Shown piece after piece: positions 17,075 through 25,399 of a stretch of DNA of 37,978 nt. The stretch lies in the UHGV virus genome UHGV-0283905; one strand, written 5' to 3'. The stretch's first letter is position 1. The number at the start of each line of letters is the position of its first letter. The DNA comes from a virus. The notes below the pieces were generated by a model. That model did not search any database. It saw only the letters and a program-made list of their open reading frames with translations, and was not told where the DNA came from. The translations under genes were made by a program, and so were the position numbers.

Positions 17075-17096
17075 AAACAAGGCCGCGAAAGCGGCC
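17073..17096 (-). terminator. hairpin GGCCGC-gaaa-GCGGCC with minus-strand U-run (bidirectional-like terminator)
   Basis: Minus-strand RNA reads hairpin then UUGUUUUU; the palindrome GTGACATGTCAC lies 1 nt away. Confidence 0.6.
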
Positions 17097-17097
17097 T

Positions 17098-17109
17098 GTG
17101 ACATGTCAC
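17098..17109. promoter_or_regulatory. 12-bp perfect palindrome GTGACATGTCAC (copy 1 of 3)
   Basis: Overlaps the stop codon of the 98-aa membrane protein gene; adjacent to terminator hairpin. Confidence 0.5.
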
Positions 17110-17402
17110 GCTCTTTTTCTGAATGATAGCCATTCGAAAAATGATGACATTCCACCGCAGACAATAGCAAAGATGATCCCACCAAAGAAGAGAAGGCCAG
17201 CCTGCCACCACTCCCACCGCCATACATCCACAGCGCCAACCATACCAACAATAGCTCCAACAAATGGAATATAGCTCACGATGAAAGCAATGGGGGCTGC
17301 AATTATCCAGTGCAATCCCCACCATGATTCAAGCCCAGCCATAATTGCTGCCAACTGAAAAAGACCAACGACGATATAAACAATGAATCCTATAGCTTGC
17401 AT
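17106..17402 (-). CDS. small multi-pass membrane protein
   Basis: 98 aa, 3-4 hydrophobic segments, Trp-rich loops; last gene of this minus-strand block. Confidence 0.5.
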   Translation of the reverse strand: MQAIGFIVYIVVGLFQLAAIMAGLESWWGLHWIIAAPIAFIVSYIPFVGAIVGMVGAVDVWRWEWWQAGLLFFGGIIFAIVCGGMSSFFEWLSFRKRA

Positions 17403-17441
17403 GTAGTCACCTATTTACCCAGTAAAAATCAGAGGCCTCCC

Positions 17442-17588
17442 CTCAATAAGGCTTGCAACAAGAACTATTCCCTGCACAACAAAGATGAACCAGCAAATAG
17501 CTTGAGTCTGAGGGTTAAGAAAATATTTGTAGCGGTCAATAAATAACAACCCACCAAAAATTATCACACTCAAAATAATTAAAAACAC
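17442..17588 (-). CDS. possible small membrane protein (48 aa, GTG start); not in the ORF track
   Basis: AAGGAAG 5 nt upstream of GTG 17588; hydrophobic translation VFLIILSVIIFGGLLFIDRYKYFLNPQTQAICWFIFVVQGIVLCCKPY; hand-translated, may be non-coding. Confidence 0.25.
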
Positions 17589-17597
17589 AACACTTCC

Positions 17598-20072
17598 TTA
17601 TTGCGGAGTGACATCCTGAGGTCGCCACCAGTATGTCTGGTTAAACTCTTTCTTCGAACGTTGCTCCATTTTACGCAAATAGCCTGGTGAAAAATACTCC
17701 TGCATCTGGTTAAAAATCATGTGATCGAGAGCCGCCTTCAAGTACCAGAGATTCGCACCTGGCATCAAACCTTTCCCCAGCTTCACCAGATCACCACCAG
17801 TCTGCTCACTCTTCCCTTCCACAGCATTTAACGGTATGCCCTGAGCAATCTTCACTACGTCATCAACCAGACCAGCTACCGGGCCAAGCATCGACGCCAG
17901 CGCGCCGCTTCCGTACCTAGTGTGATCTGACAATAAAAAGTCACCGTAAAGGCCAAGACCACCACCTTTCAGTAGAGCACCAAGCCAAAATTTAGCAGCA
18001 TCTTCTCCTGTCATCTCGCGAGGATTACGACCAGACGCAAGGTCGTTAAGTTGCTGCGACAAAGCGCCAAGAATGGTCGTACTGGCAATAAACGTCGCAA
18101 TATATGCCGCACGCCCACCAGCAGACGGCATACCCATAGCGCGTGACCAGTGACGCATAACCACCGAGATAGGGAACGATTTAAACAGGAAAACACTTCT
18201 CGTTAATTCACCTTTCCATGTTCCACGCTGAATACCAGAACCGGTTATCAGTTGCTCACGTGCTCCTGGTGTAATAACAGCCATATCAACTTCTTCAGTT
18301 ACGGCACCGAGCAGTTTACGCATTGCCTCAAATTTCACGCGTTCAGGCTCACCAAGATGTTTAACTGCTGAATCAGGGATACGCATAATGCTTTCCGGTG
18401 TCAGCATCGTATTATTACCGTTCCCCCAGTCCTCCTGTTGCGCCAGCTTCCATACGCTCCAGTCTGTGTCAGTAATCCCTTTGCTTTTCAGGATACGAAA
18501 ATCAGAGTCATCGAGGCTACGAAGGTCTGGTGTCCGTGACACTACTTCTCCCAGGCTTCCCATCATGGTTACGCCATAGGCGCGCTTGTGCGCATCTGAC
18601 CATGCTGTAAGCCCACTGGCACGCATTACCGCCGTTGCCGCCCAACGAGACACTGACGGCCCCATATTATCCATCGCCCAGCGGTTAACGCTGCCAAGTA
18701 GAGATTCCATCGCCAGACCAGCGCGGCGCGCCCGCGCAAGTTCTGTACGGTTCGTTGGGTCCATAGCTTCAAGCTGGTTGCGGAATAACTGGTTCATTGG
18801 AAGGTTGGTCACCTTCGCAGACAGATACATGGTTCCAAGATCAGAGAACGATGATAGCAACGCAGATCCGAGTCTGCTGGCAACCAGCCAGTTGCGGATA
18901 TTGTCAGACCATCGCGCGATGTGCGGATTCGCTACAGGCTGTGTCTTTCCGGAAATAAAGTTGTACAGATTCTCTGTGTTGTTCGCCAGCCGCTCGACTT
19001 TACCGGTTTTACTCGGGTTAGCTGTTGCCGTTTCTGCCTTCACCTGATCAAGAAGAGAGCGGAAAACATGATCGGGGTTTGGGCCATATGTTTCCACCAG
19101 TGCAATATCTTTACTGATACCTTCCAGGTGACCGACCATGATTTCCCATAGAGAGCGATCGCCATAAAGTTGCTGATATTGCAGATAGGAATCTGCATCT
19201 TTGAAATGTATCTGTCGTGATGCATTACCACGGTTAGCACGTGCGCCGGAAATTCGCATTCCGGTATCAGTAAGCTTATTCAGCCCACCAGTAGCGATCG
19301 TGTTATAAGCCTCTCCAAGAAATGCAGACAACTCGGCATCGTTCATCAGTTGTCCATCGGCTCGGATATAATATTTGCGATCCAGCTTACCTATAACATC
19401 GCTAACCCACTTATCCTTTGATACCGCCCCAACCTTTTCCATAGAATGATGTTGAGGGAACCCCCAGTTTTCGAGATAGCCAATGTCCCCACCAGCATCA
19501 TTAAACCGGCGGCGCAGTAGATCTGTCACTTCTCTCCACGCCTTAGCACCTTTTCTTGCTTTAGCATTGCCAGTATTTTGCCCTCGCATTTCATATACCA
19601 GGTCACGTACGCCCGCTTCATCTTCAAACAGACCAAAAAAGCGAGGATCAACTGCTTCGAATGCCTCCTGCAATTGACTCAATGCATAATCACGAGTGGC
19701 TTTTGTTCTGGACTCAACAGAGAGGAAATTCGATTTACCGTCTGCATTAAAAGCAATAGTACGGTTAAGAGCGCCAAGTTTCCCATCAGCCCCTTGATAG
19801 CTATTGATAAATTTATCCAATCTCTGACGTGCGGCTATAGTGAGGGCCACACGACGTTTCTTTAATGCCGCTTCTCGCTGTAATTCTTCAGATGCCAATT
19901 GTGCTGCACGATATAGCCGCTCTGATTCGGAAAGTTGTCTCCACGACATCGGGTCATCACGAGCAATGGAGCGCATATTTCGATAAATGCGGTCTTCAAT
20001 GCTCTGTATTTCTCGCGCCGTTAACGTGCGCTGCGCCGCCTGCTGGACCGCTTGTATACATTCCTGTCTCAT
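17598..20072 (-). CDS. large internal virion / ejection protein
   Basis: 824 aa, position after the other internal virion genes in a T7-like order; hydrophobic Gly-rich segment near the C-terminus. Confidence 0.55.
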   Translation of the reverse strand: MRQECIQAVQQAAQRTLTAREIQSIEDRIYRNMRSIARDDPMSWRQLSESERLYRAAQLASEELQREAALKKRRVALTIAARQRLDKFINSYQGADGKLGALNRTIAFNADGKSNFLSVESRTKATRDYALSQLQEAFEAVDPRFFGLFEDEAGVRDLVYEMRGQNTGNAKARKGAKAWREVTDLLRRRFNDAGGDIGYLENWGFPQHHSMEKVGAVSKDKWVSDVIGKLDRKYYIRADGQLMNDAELSAFLGEAYNTIATGGLNKLTDTGMRISGARANRGNASRQIHFKDADSYLQYQQLYGDRSLWEIMVGHLEGISKDIALVETYGPNPDHVFRSLLDQVKAETATANPSKTGKVERLANNTENLYNFISGKTQPVANPHIARWSDNIRNWLVASRLGSALLSSFSDLGTMYLSAKVTNLPMNQLFRNQLEAMDPTNRTELARARRAGLAMESLLGSVNRWAMDNMGPSVSRWAATAVMRASGLTAWSDAHKRAYGVTMMGSLGEVVSRTPDLRSLDDSDFRILKSKGITDTDWSVWKLAQQEDWGNGNNTMLTPESIMRIPDSAVKHLGEPERVKFEAMRKLLGAVTEEVDMAVITPGAREQLITGSGIQRGTWKGELTRSVFLFKSFPISVVMRHWSRAMGMPSAGGRAAYIATFIASTTILGALSQQLNDLASGRNPREMTGEDAAKFWLGALLKGGGLGLYGDFLLSDHTRYGSGALASMLGPVAGLVDDVVKIAQGIPLNAVEGKSEQTGGDLVKLGKGLMPGANLWYLKAALDHMIFNQMQEYFSPGYLRKMEQRSKKEFNQTYWWRPQDVTPQ

Positions 20073-20077
20073 TTAAT

Positions 20078-21880
20078 TTAACCTCTCAAGAAACACGCCA
20101 CAGCGACATCAAACAGGCTGGAATCCTGTATTGCCTGCTCACTTTCCCTGTTCGCTTCATCCAGTACTTCACGCGCACTGCGCGATTGTGGATTACCATC
20201 ATCATCCAGCACGGTGATTATCATGTCCGGAGATTCAAGCAGCGAGTCTTCAGCTATACGCAGATCAATATCTCCTGCCGGATCTGCCATCATTTTTTGT
20301 TCTGTCTGTTGCAATATCTTACCGGGCTCAAAAGGAGCTACTTCGTCTGGCGTCCTGACCTCTGCTGTTTTATAGAATGAAACAGCCTGAGCATTAAGTT
20401 CACTTTCTGCCTGCTGTCGTCGTGCCAGTTCTGCTCGAGCTTCAAAAAACTGACCTCCAGGCTCGTGCGGCGCCAACGCGTTACGAGAAAATTCCAGGCG
20501 TTCTTGTGCCTGCCGGATTCGTTGGTCAATATCGCGAAGTCTGGCCTGTTTATCTGATCGAGCACGAGATAAAGCCTTACCGCTACCGGTTGGCTCTTCT
20601 GCAAGAATTTGTGCGCGCTGTTCAGTGAGATTTTCAATAATTCGTTGGCTATTAGCGATTTCAGACTGGTAAACCTGTCTATCGCCACGCGACAAAAGCT
20701 GCGCGGCCTGTTCTTCAAGCAACCGATTTTCTATAGCGCGCGCCGTTACTCCATCATCTACAGATGACAGAGCCTCATTAACTGCCTGAGACAGCAGACT
20801 CTTGCGCCCAGGAATTTCACTGAAAGATGCAGACTCAACAATGCTGGCAACGTCTACAGGTCTCCCCTGGCTAACATCAGACATGGCTTTTCGCAGAGCC
20901 TGAATGTGCGAATTACGCGAAAGCACGTTGATCGGAACGCCGGGAGCAATATCAATTTCAGCATGATGAGCGGCATTCGCCGCCAGTGCAGCATCAATAT
21001 CAACTGGTGAAAAATTTGGTGTGCTTGTAGACTCGCCGCGAGAGTTAATAAATCTGCCGACACCACCAAACGCCACCCCAAGAACAGCATCAATAGCAAT
21101 TGCCTGTCGATCCAACACATCATACTGGTTAGCCATTTCGCTATAGCCACCATCACGAAGCGTTTTTGCAGTAAGCCCACGCTGTGCCATACCGAACGCA
21201 ATATTTGTACCTGCGGCATAGGCAATATCTGGCGTTGCACGTACTGCTGTTGCTGCGGCGCGTCGCACTGAACTTTCACCCGTCCGCGCAAGCTGAGCCG
21301 CCACACCTTCCGCCAGCGCACCACCAGCACGTAACCCGAGGCTCATAGGGATCAGTGTTCCGGCACCAGCAGTAATACCCTGCACTAATCCCGCTTCCTG
21401 CGCCGTCCTGAAATCAACACCCTGTGCTGTCAACCGTTCAAACTCAGAAAAACCCTGTAGAGAAGTTACCGCCGCAGCACCTCCGACCGGACCACCGAGC
21501 GTTGTACCGACAACAGCCTGCCCGCCCATATCGAACAACCCATAAAGGACCTGCCCGGCGGTTCCGGTTGTCGCGGCATCAGGCGTCAGCCGCTTAACCT
21601 GCTGCTCTGCTAGTTTTCTCTGCTCAGCAATGTATGAAACTGAAGTGTCATTGAGCGAGGTGTTTTCGTTAACAAGCTGAGCAATCGGTGATACGATTTT
21701 ATCCATCCCTGCCCATAGCAACTGATCTGGCTTTGCCACCAGCCCGGAGTACAAACCAGACAATGCCGCTCCTACAGCATTGTCGAAAAAACCAACATCG
21801 CTGTTAAAGCCAACTGGATTTGATGCTGCTTCGTCAAGCTGCTGATTCTGGTTTACTGGATTAAGGCCAAAGTAACTCAT
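20078..21880 (-). CDS. internal virion / ejection protein
   Basis: 600 aa, Ala/Gly-rich, coiled-coil C-terminal half; 4-nt overlap with upstream gene. Confidence 0.5.
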   Translation of the reverse strand: MSYFGLNPVNQNQQLDEAASNPVGFNSDVGFFDNAVGAALSGLYSGLVAKPDQLLWAGMDKIVSPIAQLVNENTSLNDTSVSYIAEQRKLAEQQVKRLTPDAATTGTAGQVLYGLFDMGGQAVVGTTLGGPVGGAAAVTSLQGFSEFERLTAQGVDFRTAQEAGLVQGITAGAGTLIPMSLGLRAGGALAEGVAAQLARTGESSVRRAAATAVRATPDIAYAAGTNIAFGMAQRGLTAKTLRDGGYSEMANQYDVLDRQAIAIDAVLGVAFGGVGRFINSRGESTSTPNFSPVDIDAALAANAAHHAEIDIAPGVPINVLSRNSHIQALRKAMSDVSQGRPVDVASIVESASFSEIPGRKSLLSQAVNEALSSVDDGVTARAIENRLLEEQAAQLLSRGDRQVYQSEIANSQRIIENLTEQRAQILAEEPTGSGKALSRARSDKQARLRDIDQRIRQAQERLEFSRNALAPHEPGGQFFEARAELARRQQAESELNAQAVSFYKTAEVRTPDEVAPFEPGKILQQTEQKMMADPAGDIDLRIAEDSLLESPDMIITVLDDDGNPQSRSAREVLDEANRESEQAIQDSSLFDVAVACFLRG

Positions 21881-24390
21881 TGCGGAATATCTCCGGAGAA
21901 TCTCTGACGCTTCTGTGTCAGATCAAGAACAACGGGAGAACCATCATCTTTTAGCAGATAACCAGTACCAAGTTTCACCAGGTACTGACTATCGCCGTAA
22001 CTTTGCAAACCATACTGACCAGGCGGTGTTTTTATCCCTGTGCCAACAACTTGTTCATTCCAAGCCTGATTAACCTGCTTATCGAATTGCTCTGCAGACA
22101 TTCCCCACGGCAAAAGAACATTCCCCATTCCGTTATAGTCATGCACGCCACCTGTAGCTACGTTAACAGCCTGTTTCCAGATATCATTGTCAATTTCGCC
22201 TGATACCACGCCTTTTTTCGCCATCACACCAGCGTAATAGTCCTTTGCGATCTCGTATGCCATTGATGCCCCCTGAGCATCACCAGCAAATGCATCCTTC
22301 ACCATGTCAGAAAACTCAAGGCGAAGATCAGCATCTTTAGGCATCGGAATACCTTTCGCGTCATCAGTACCTTTACGAGCCGCCGCGCCAGCAAGAATTG
22401 TCTGCGCAGCGGTTTCTGGAGACACGGAAACATCCGGATTAAACCAGTTTTTTTCTGCCAAAATACCACCTGGCTTATCCATCAGTATCCCGGCAACGGC
22501 AGCAGATGGAGCGTTGGCACTGATCTGCTGTAGTGCTGACATATACACCTGCCCACCACCAGTGCTCTGCCTGATGGTATCGAGATATGCTGCCTGTTGG
22601 GAAACGGGCGCATCACGAAAGAAAACACCGATCTGATTGGCCTCGTCTTTGGAAAAGAACGTCAGTGGAGTGCCATATGACTTAGCAAGGTCACTGACCT
22701 GAGCAGCACGCAAGGCAACGCTCTGTCCAAAGTTATCCTTATTGCTCATGTCGATAGGCTTTGCCTGTCCGGCGGCAAGAGAGAACTGTACAGGATCAGC
22801 CTGTCGCTGCTTTATCACCTGACTTGCAGCCGACACAACGTTGTCATAAAGAGCGGCTCGTGCCGCATAACCCTCCCCTGTCTCACCAGTATCCGGGCGT
22901 AATTGCTCAACATATGCTGTAATGCTGCTTGTCGGCATGTTGCGGAAAGAGCCTATATACTGTCCGGCGATTTGCGTATTTCTGAACTCGGTATATCGCA
23001 GGTTTCCTTCTCTTACTCCATAAGCTGCAATAAAATCAGCCTCACCAGGTGGGTTAGGAAATTCAACGCCACGCATATACGCAGCTGTCGCATCGCGAAC
23101 CTGGCTGTCAATCATCGTTTTATATTCAGCCTGCTGCTGCCGACGCAGTTGATCCGCCTGTCGCATAAAACTTGCCTGCGCCTCAGGAGATGCCGCATCG
23201 AATGCTGCATTACCGGTATAGCGTTTGGTGTTGGTTGGAATTGTTGATAAACCAAGTGCTGCACTGACACCAGCAGTTAACTGCTGATCACTGTATGGCT
23301 GGCTACCGTTCTCATGATGGATAATGGCTGCACAAAGCGCCTTCAGGGTATCAGGATTAGATGCATCGAGAGGCTCATCAGCAGAAACGCCAAGTTGTTC
23401 GCACACTGCTTTGATATACGACATAGTGTCATTTTTATCAGCAGGCGGTGCCCAGCGATTAATTATCTCGCTGACGGTATCAATACCCTGCCTCTGATAC
23501 GACATCAGGTTCCGCCCTAATGCACGAATCCCGTGTTCAGGTGTTTCGAATTTAGCAAATCGACCATCATCACCGGTCTGGCCTACCCACGGATTAGTTT
23601 TGCTGTATTCGAGATTTCCTGGGTTATTGTTGCGTATGCCACGGGCACGCTCGGAAGAGTCACTATCTGCTACAGCACGGCGAGCTCCAGCAGCAGTATC
23701 ACTTAACTCGCCATTACTTTGGATGAATGCGGTCGCATTGTTTGCCGACCACTGGGACAATGCAGCATCAGCAACCTTCTCTTTAAACTCGATTTTCTTG
23801 GCCTGGATTTGCTCGTTGCTCCAGCCATGTGCAACACCGTACTCCTCAATTTGCTGGAAAGTTTGCTTGTTAGCCAATACGTATGCGGCGTTGTCGCCAT
23901 ACAATGCTGCGGCATTTTTACCATTGTTCAGCAGTGTCGCCTGAAACTGGCCTTCTTCGTAGGCATTAATTTGCCCTATCTCGTGTCGCCCGGCCTGCGT
24001 AGTGAACTGAATGCGCTGCTGCTGCGCCTGCTGCATGAAAGCATTACGAGCCTGTTCATCCGGCAGCGACATAGCCAGTTGTTCGACCTGAGCATCAAAC
24101 TGCTGCGTATACTCATGGCCTTTTCCAATAGCATTTTTCCCTTTCAGGTTAAGCAATCCTGTTTCAGGATTATTCAGCAGATCGCTGCTTATCTGACTGA
24201 GGTTAAGAGATGCCTCCTGAGCCAGAGCGATATTGGCACGCTGTTTTGCCTGCCCCAAAACATCAATTGCCTCTGTCCCTGCCCGAACAAAAGCATCACC
24301 AATACCTTGCTGAGAAAACGTCTGCAAGCCTGCTGACTGAACTCCACGACTCTCAACCTGACGTCCGGATACTGTTGGTACGACTGGCAT
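21877..24390 (-). CDS. internal virion protein (T7 gp15-position) with conserved RNNNPGNL-containing domain
   Basis: Start set at ATG 24390 (TAATG overlap with upstream stop, GGAGG 6 nt upstream); table ORF begins 24465; function of the internal domain unknown. Confidence 0.55.
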   Translation of the reverse strand: MPVVPTVSGRQVESRGVQSAGLQTFSQQGIGDAFVRAGTEAIDVLGQAKQRANIALAQEASLNLSQISSDLLNNPETGLLNLKGKNAIGKGHEYTQQFDAQVEQLAMSLPDEQARNAFMQQAQQQRIQFTTQAGRHEIGQINAYEEGQFQATLLNNGKNAAALYGDNAAYVLANKQTFQQIEEYGVAHGWSNEQIQAKKIEFKEKVADAALSQWSANNATAFIQSNGELSDTAAGARRAVADSDSSERARGIRNNNPGNLEYSKTNPWVGQTGDDGRFAKFETPEHGIRALGRNLMSYQRQGIDTVSEIINRWAPPADKNDTMSYIKAVCEQLGVSADEPLDASNPDTLKALCAAIIHHENGSQPYSDQQLTAGVSAALGLSTIPTNTKRYTGNAAFDAASPEAQASFMRQADQLRRQQQAEYKTMIDSQVRDATAAYMRGVEFPNPPGEADFIAAYGVREGNLRYTEFRNTQIAGQYIGSFRNMPTSSITAYVEQLRPDTGETGEGYAARAALYDNVVSAASQVIKQRQADPVQFSLAAGQAKPIDMSNKDNFGQSVALRAAQVSDLAKSYGTPLTFFSKDEANQIGVFFRDAPVSQQAAYLDTIRQSTGGGQVYMSALQQISANAPSAAVAGILMDKPGGILAEKNWFNPDVSVSPETAAQTILAGAAARKGTDDAKGIPMPKDADLRLEFSDMVKDAFAGDAQGASMAYEIAKDYYAGVMAKKGVVSGEIDNDIWKQAVNVATGGVHDYNGMGNVLLPWGMSAEQFDKQVNQAWNEQVVGTGIKTPPGQYGLQSYGDSQYLVKLGTGYLLKDDGSPVVLDLTQKRQRFSGDIPQ

Positions 24391-24935
24391 TATAATCCTC
24401 CGGGTAATCTGGTTCCTGCTGCTGCCCCGATTGGCGCAGGAGTTCTTTGAGTAAACGGACTCCACGTCCCACCAAACATCTGGTATGCACCGTATGCCTT
24501 CAGAGGCGCAGTGAGCAATGTTGTTGCTGCTCCCACATTCCCCTGTTTACGGGCTGAACTGGCTTCTGCTTTATAGTTGGCAGCCTGAACCTGATAACCG
24601 TAAGCCTCGCGTTGCGCGTTATTCACCGTCGTCAGCGAATCAAGAGCGCCAAACTGGGCAGTGTCGCCAAATATATCCAGCGCGTTACCGGTAGATAAAT
24701 CGGCGCCGGTCGCCCCCATTGTCGCCGCCTGTGTACCAAGCCGCTGTCGTGTCTCTCTGCGCCGTTGCTCAGCTTCAGCGTTACCTCTGTTTATTGCATC
24801 ATTTGCCTGAGCTGTGGCTATATCTGCGTTCGCTTCTGCAACCTTCGAGGCATACTTTCCCTGTTGGTACTGGGTGTATGCCTGAATGCCACTCATGGCG
24901 AGCATTGCGCCACCAGCAATAACCGGATCGCACAT
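24390..24935 (-). CDS. internal virion protein (T7 gp14-position)
   Basis: 181 aa, Ala/Gln-rich, low complexity. Confidence 0.4.
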   Translation of the reverse strand: MCDPVIAGGAMLAMSGIQAYTQYQQGKYASKVAEANADIATAQANDAINRGNAEAEQRRRETRQRLGTQAATMGATGADLSTGNALDIFGDTAQFGALDSLTTVNNAQREAYGYQVQAANYKAEASSARKQGNVGAATTLLTAPLKAYGAYQMFGGTWSPFTQRTPAPIGAAAGTRLPGGL

Positions 24936-25399
24936 TATTTTCTCTCCATGTGAAATCTGTGGAAATTAAGACCAAGAGCACCATAAGGCGCGGCTTCTTC
25001 AAGCCTGAATCCAAGCCAGTGCAGCCATGCTTTGGCAACATGGTTTCGCTCGTCGACGTAGTTTTCCAGGCGCGGATAAACTGCCAGCATCTGCTGCAAT
25101 ACAGGGCGGCAGTGGCGCAGAAATGTCTTCTGATATTTTTCAATACGGCTGGTTCCTACCAGCCAGGGCGTACCATTGCCACCGATCATTGACGCCGGAG
25201 ATACACCAAACATGGTCACCAGTTCTCCGTTCGCGAACCCTGACCAGGCCATAGTCGCAGTGCGAAGACCAACGCGCAGCGCATCTTCGGTAGTCATCAG
25301 CGATACCGCATACAGTTCGTCAATATCAGCCTGACGAACATCCGGCAAAATCATCTGAAGATGCTCTTCGGTAGCGGGAATAATTTGAACATCGATCAT
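24935..25399 (-). CDS. hypothetical virion protein (T7 gp13-position)
   Basis: 154 aa, between the tail-tube B and gp14-like genes. Confidence 0.35.
   Translation of the reverse strand: MIDVQIIPATEEHLQMILPDVRQADIDELYAVSLMTTEDALRVGLRTATMAWSGFANGELVTMFGVSPASMIGGNGTPWLVGTSRIEKYQKTFLRHCRPVLQQMLAVYPRLENYVDERNHVAKAWLHWLGFRLEEAAPYGALGLNFHRFHMERK

Noticed and set aside
17403-17597. The 48-aa GTG-start small ORF as a confident gene
   Set aside because: It is retained only as a low-confidence feature: hand translation of a short AT-rich stretch, GTG start, and no homology support.
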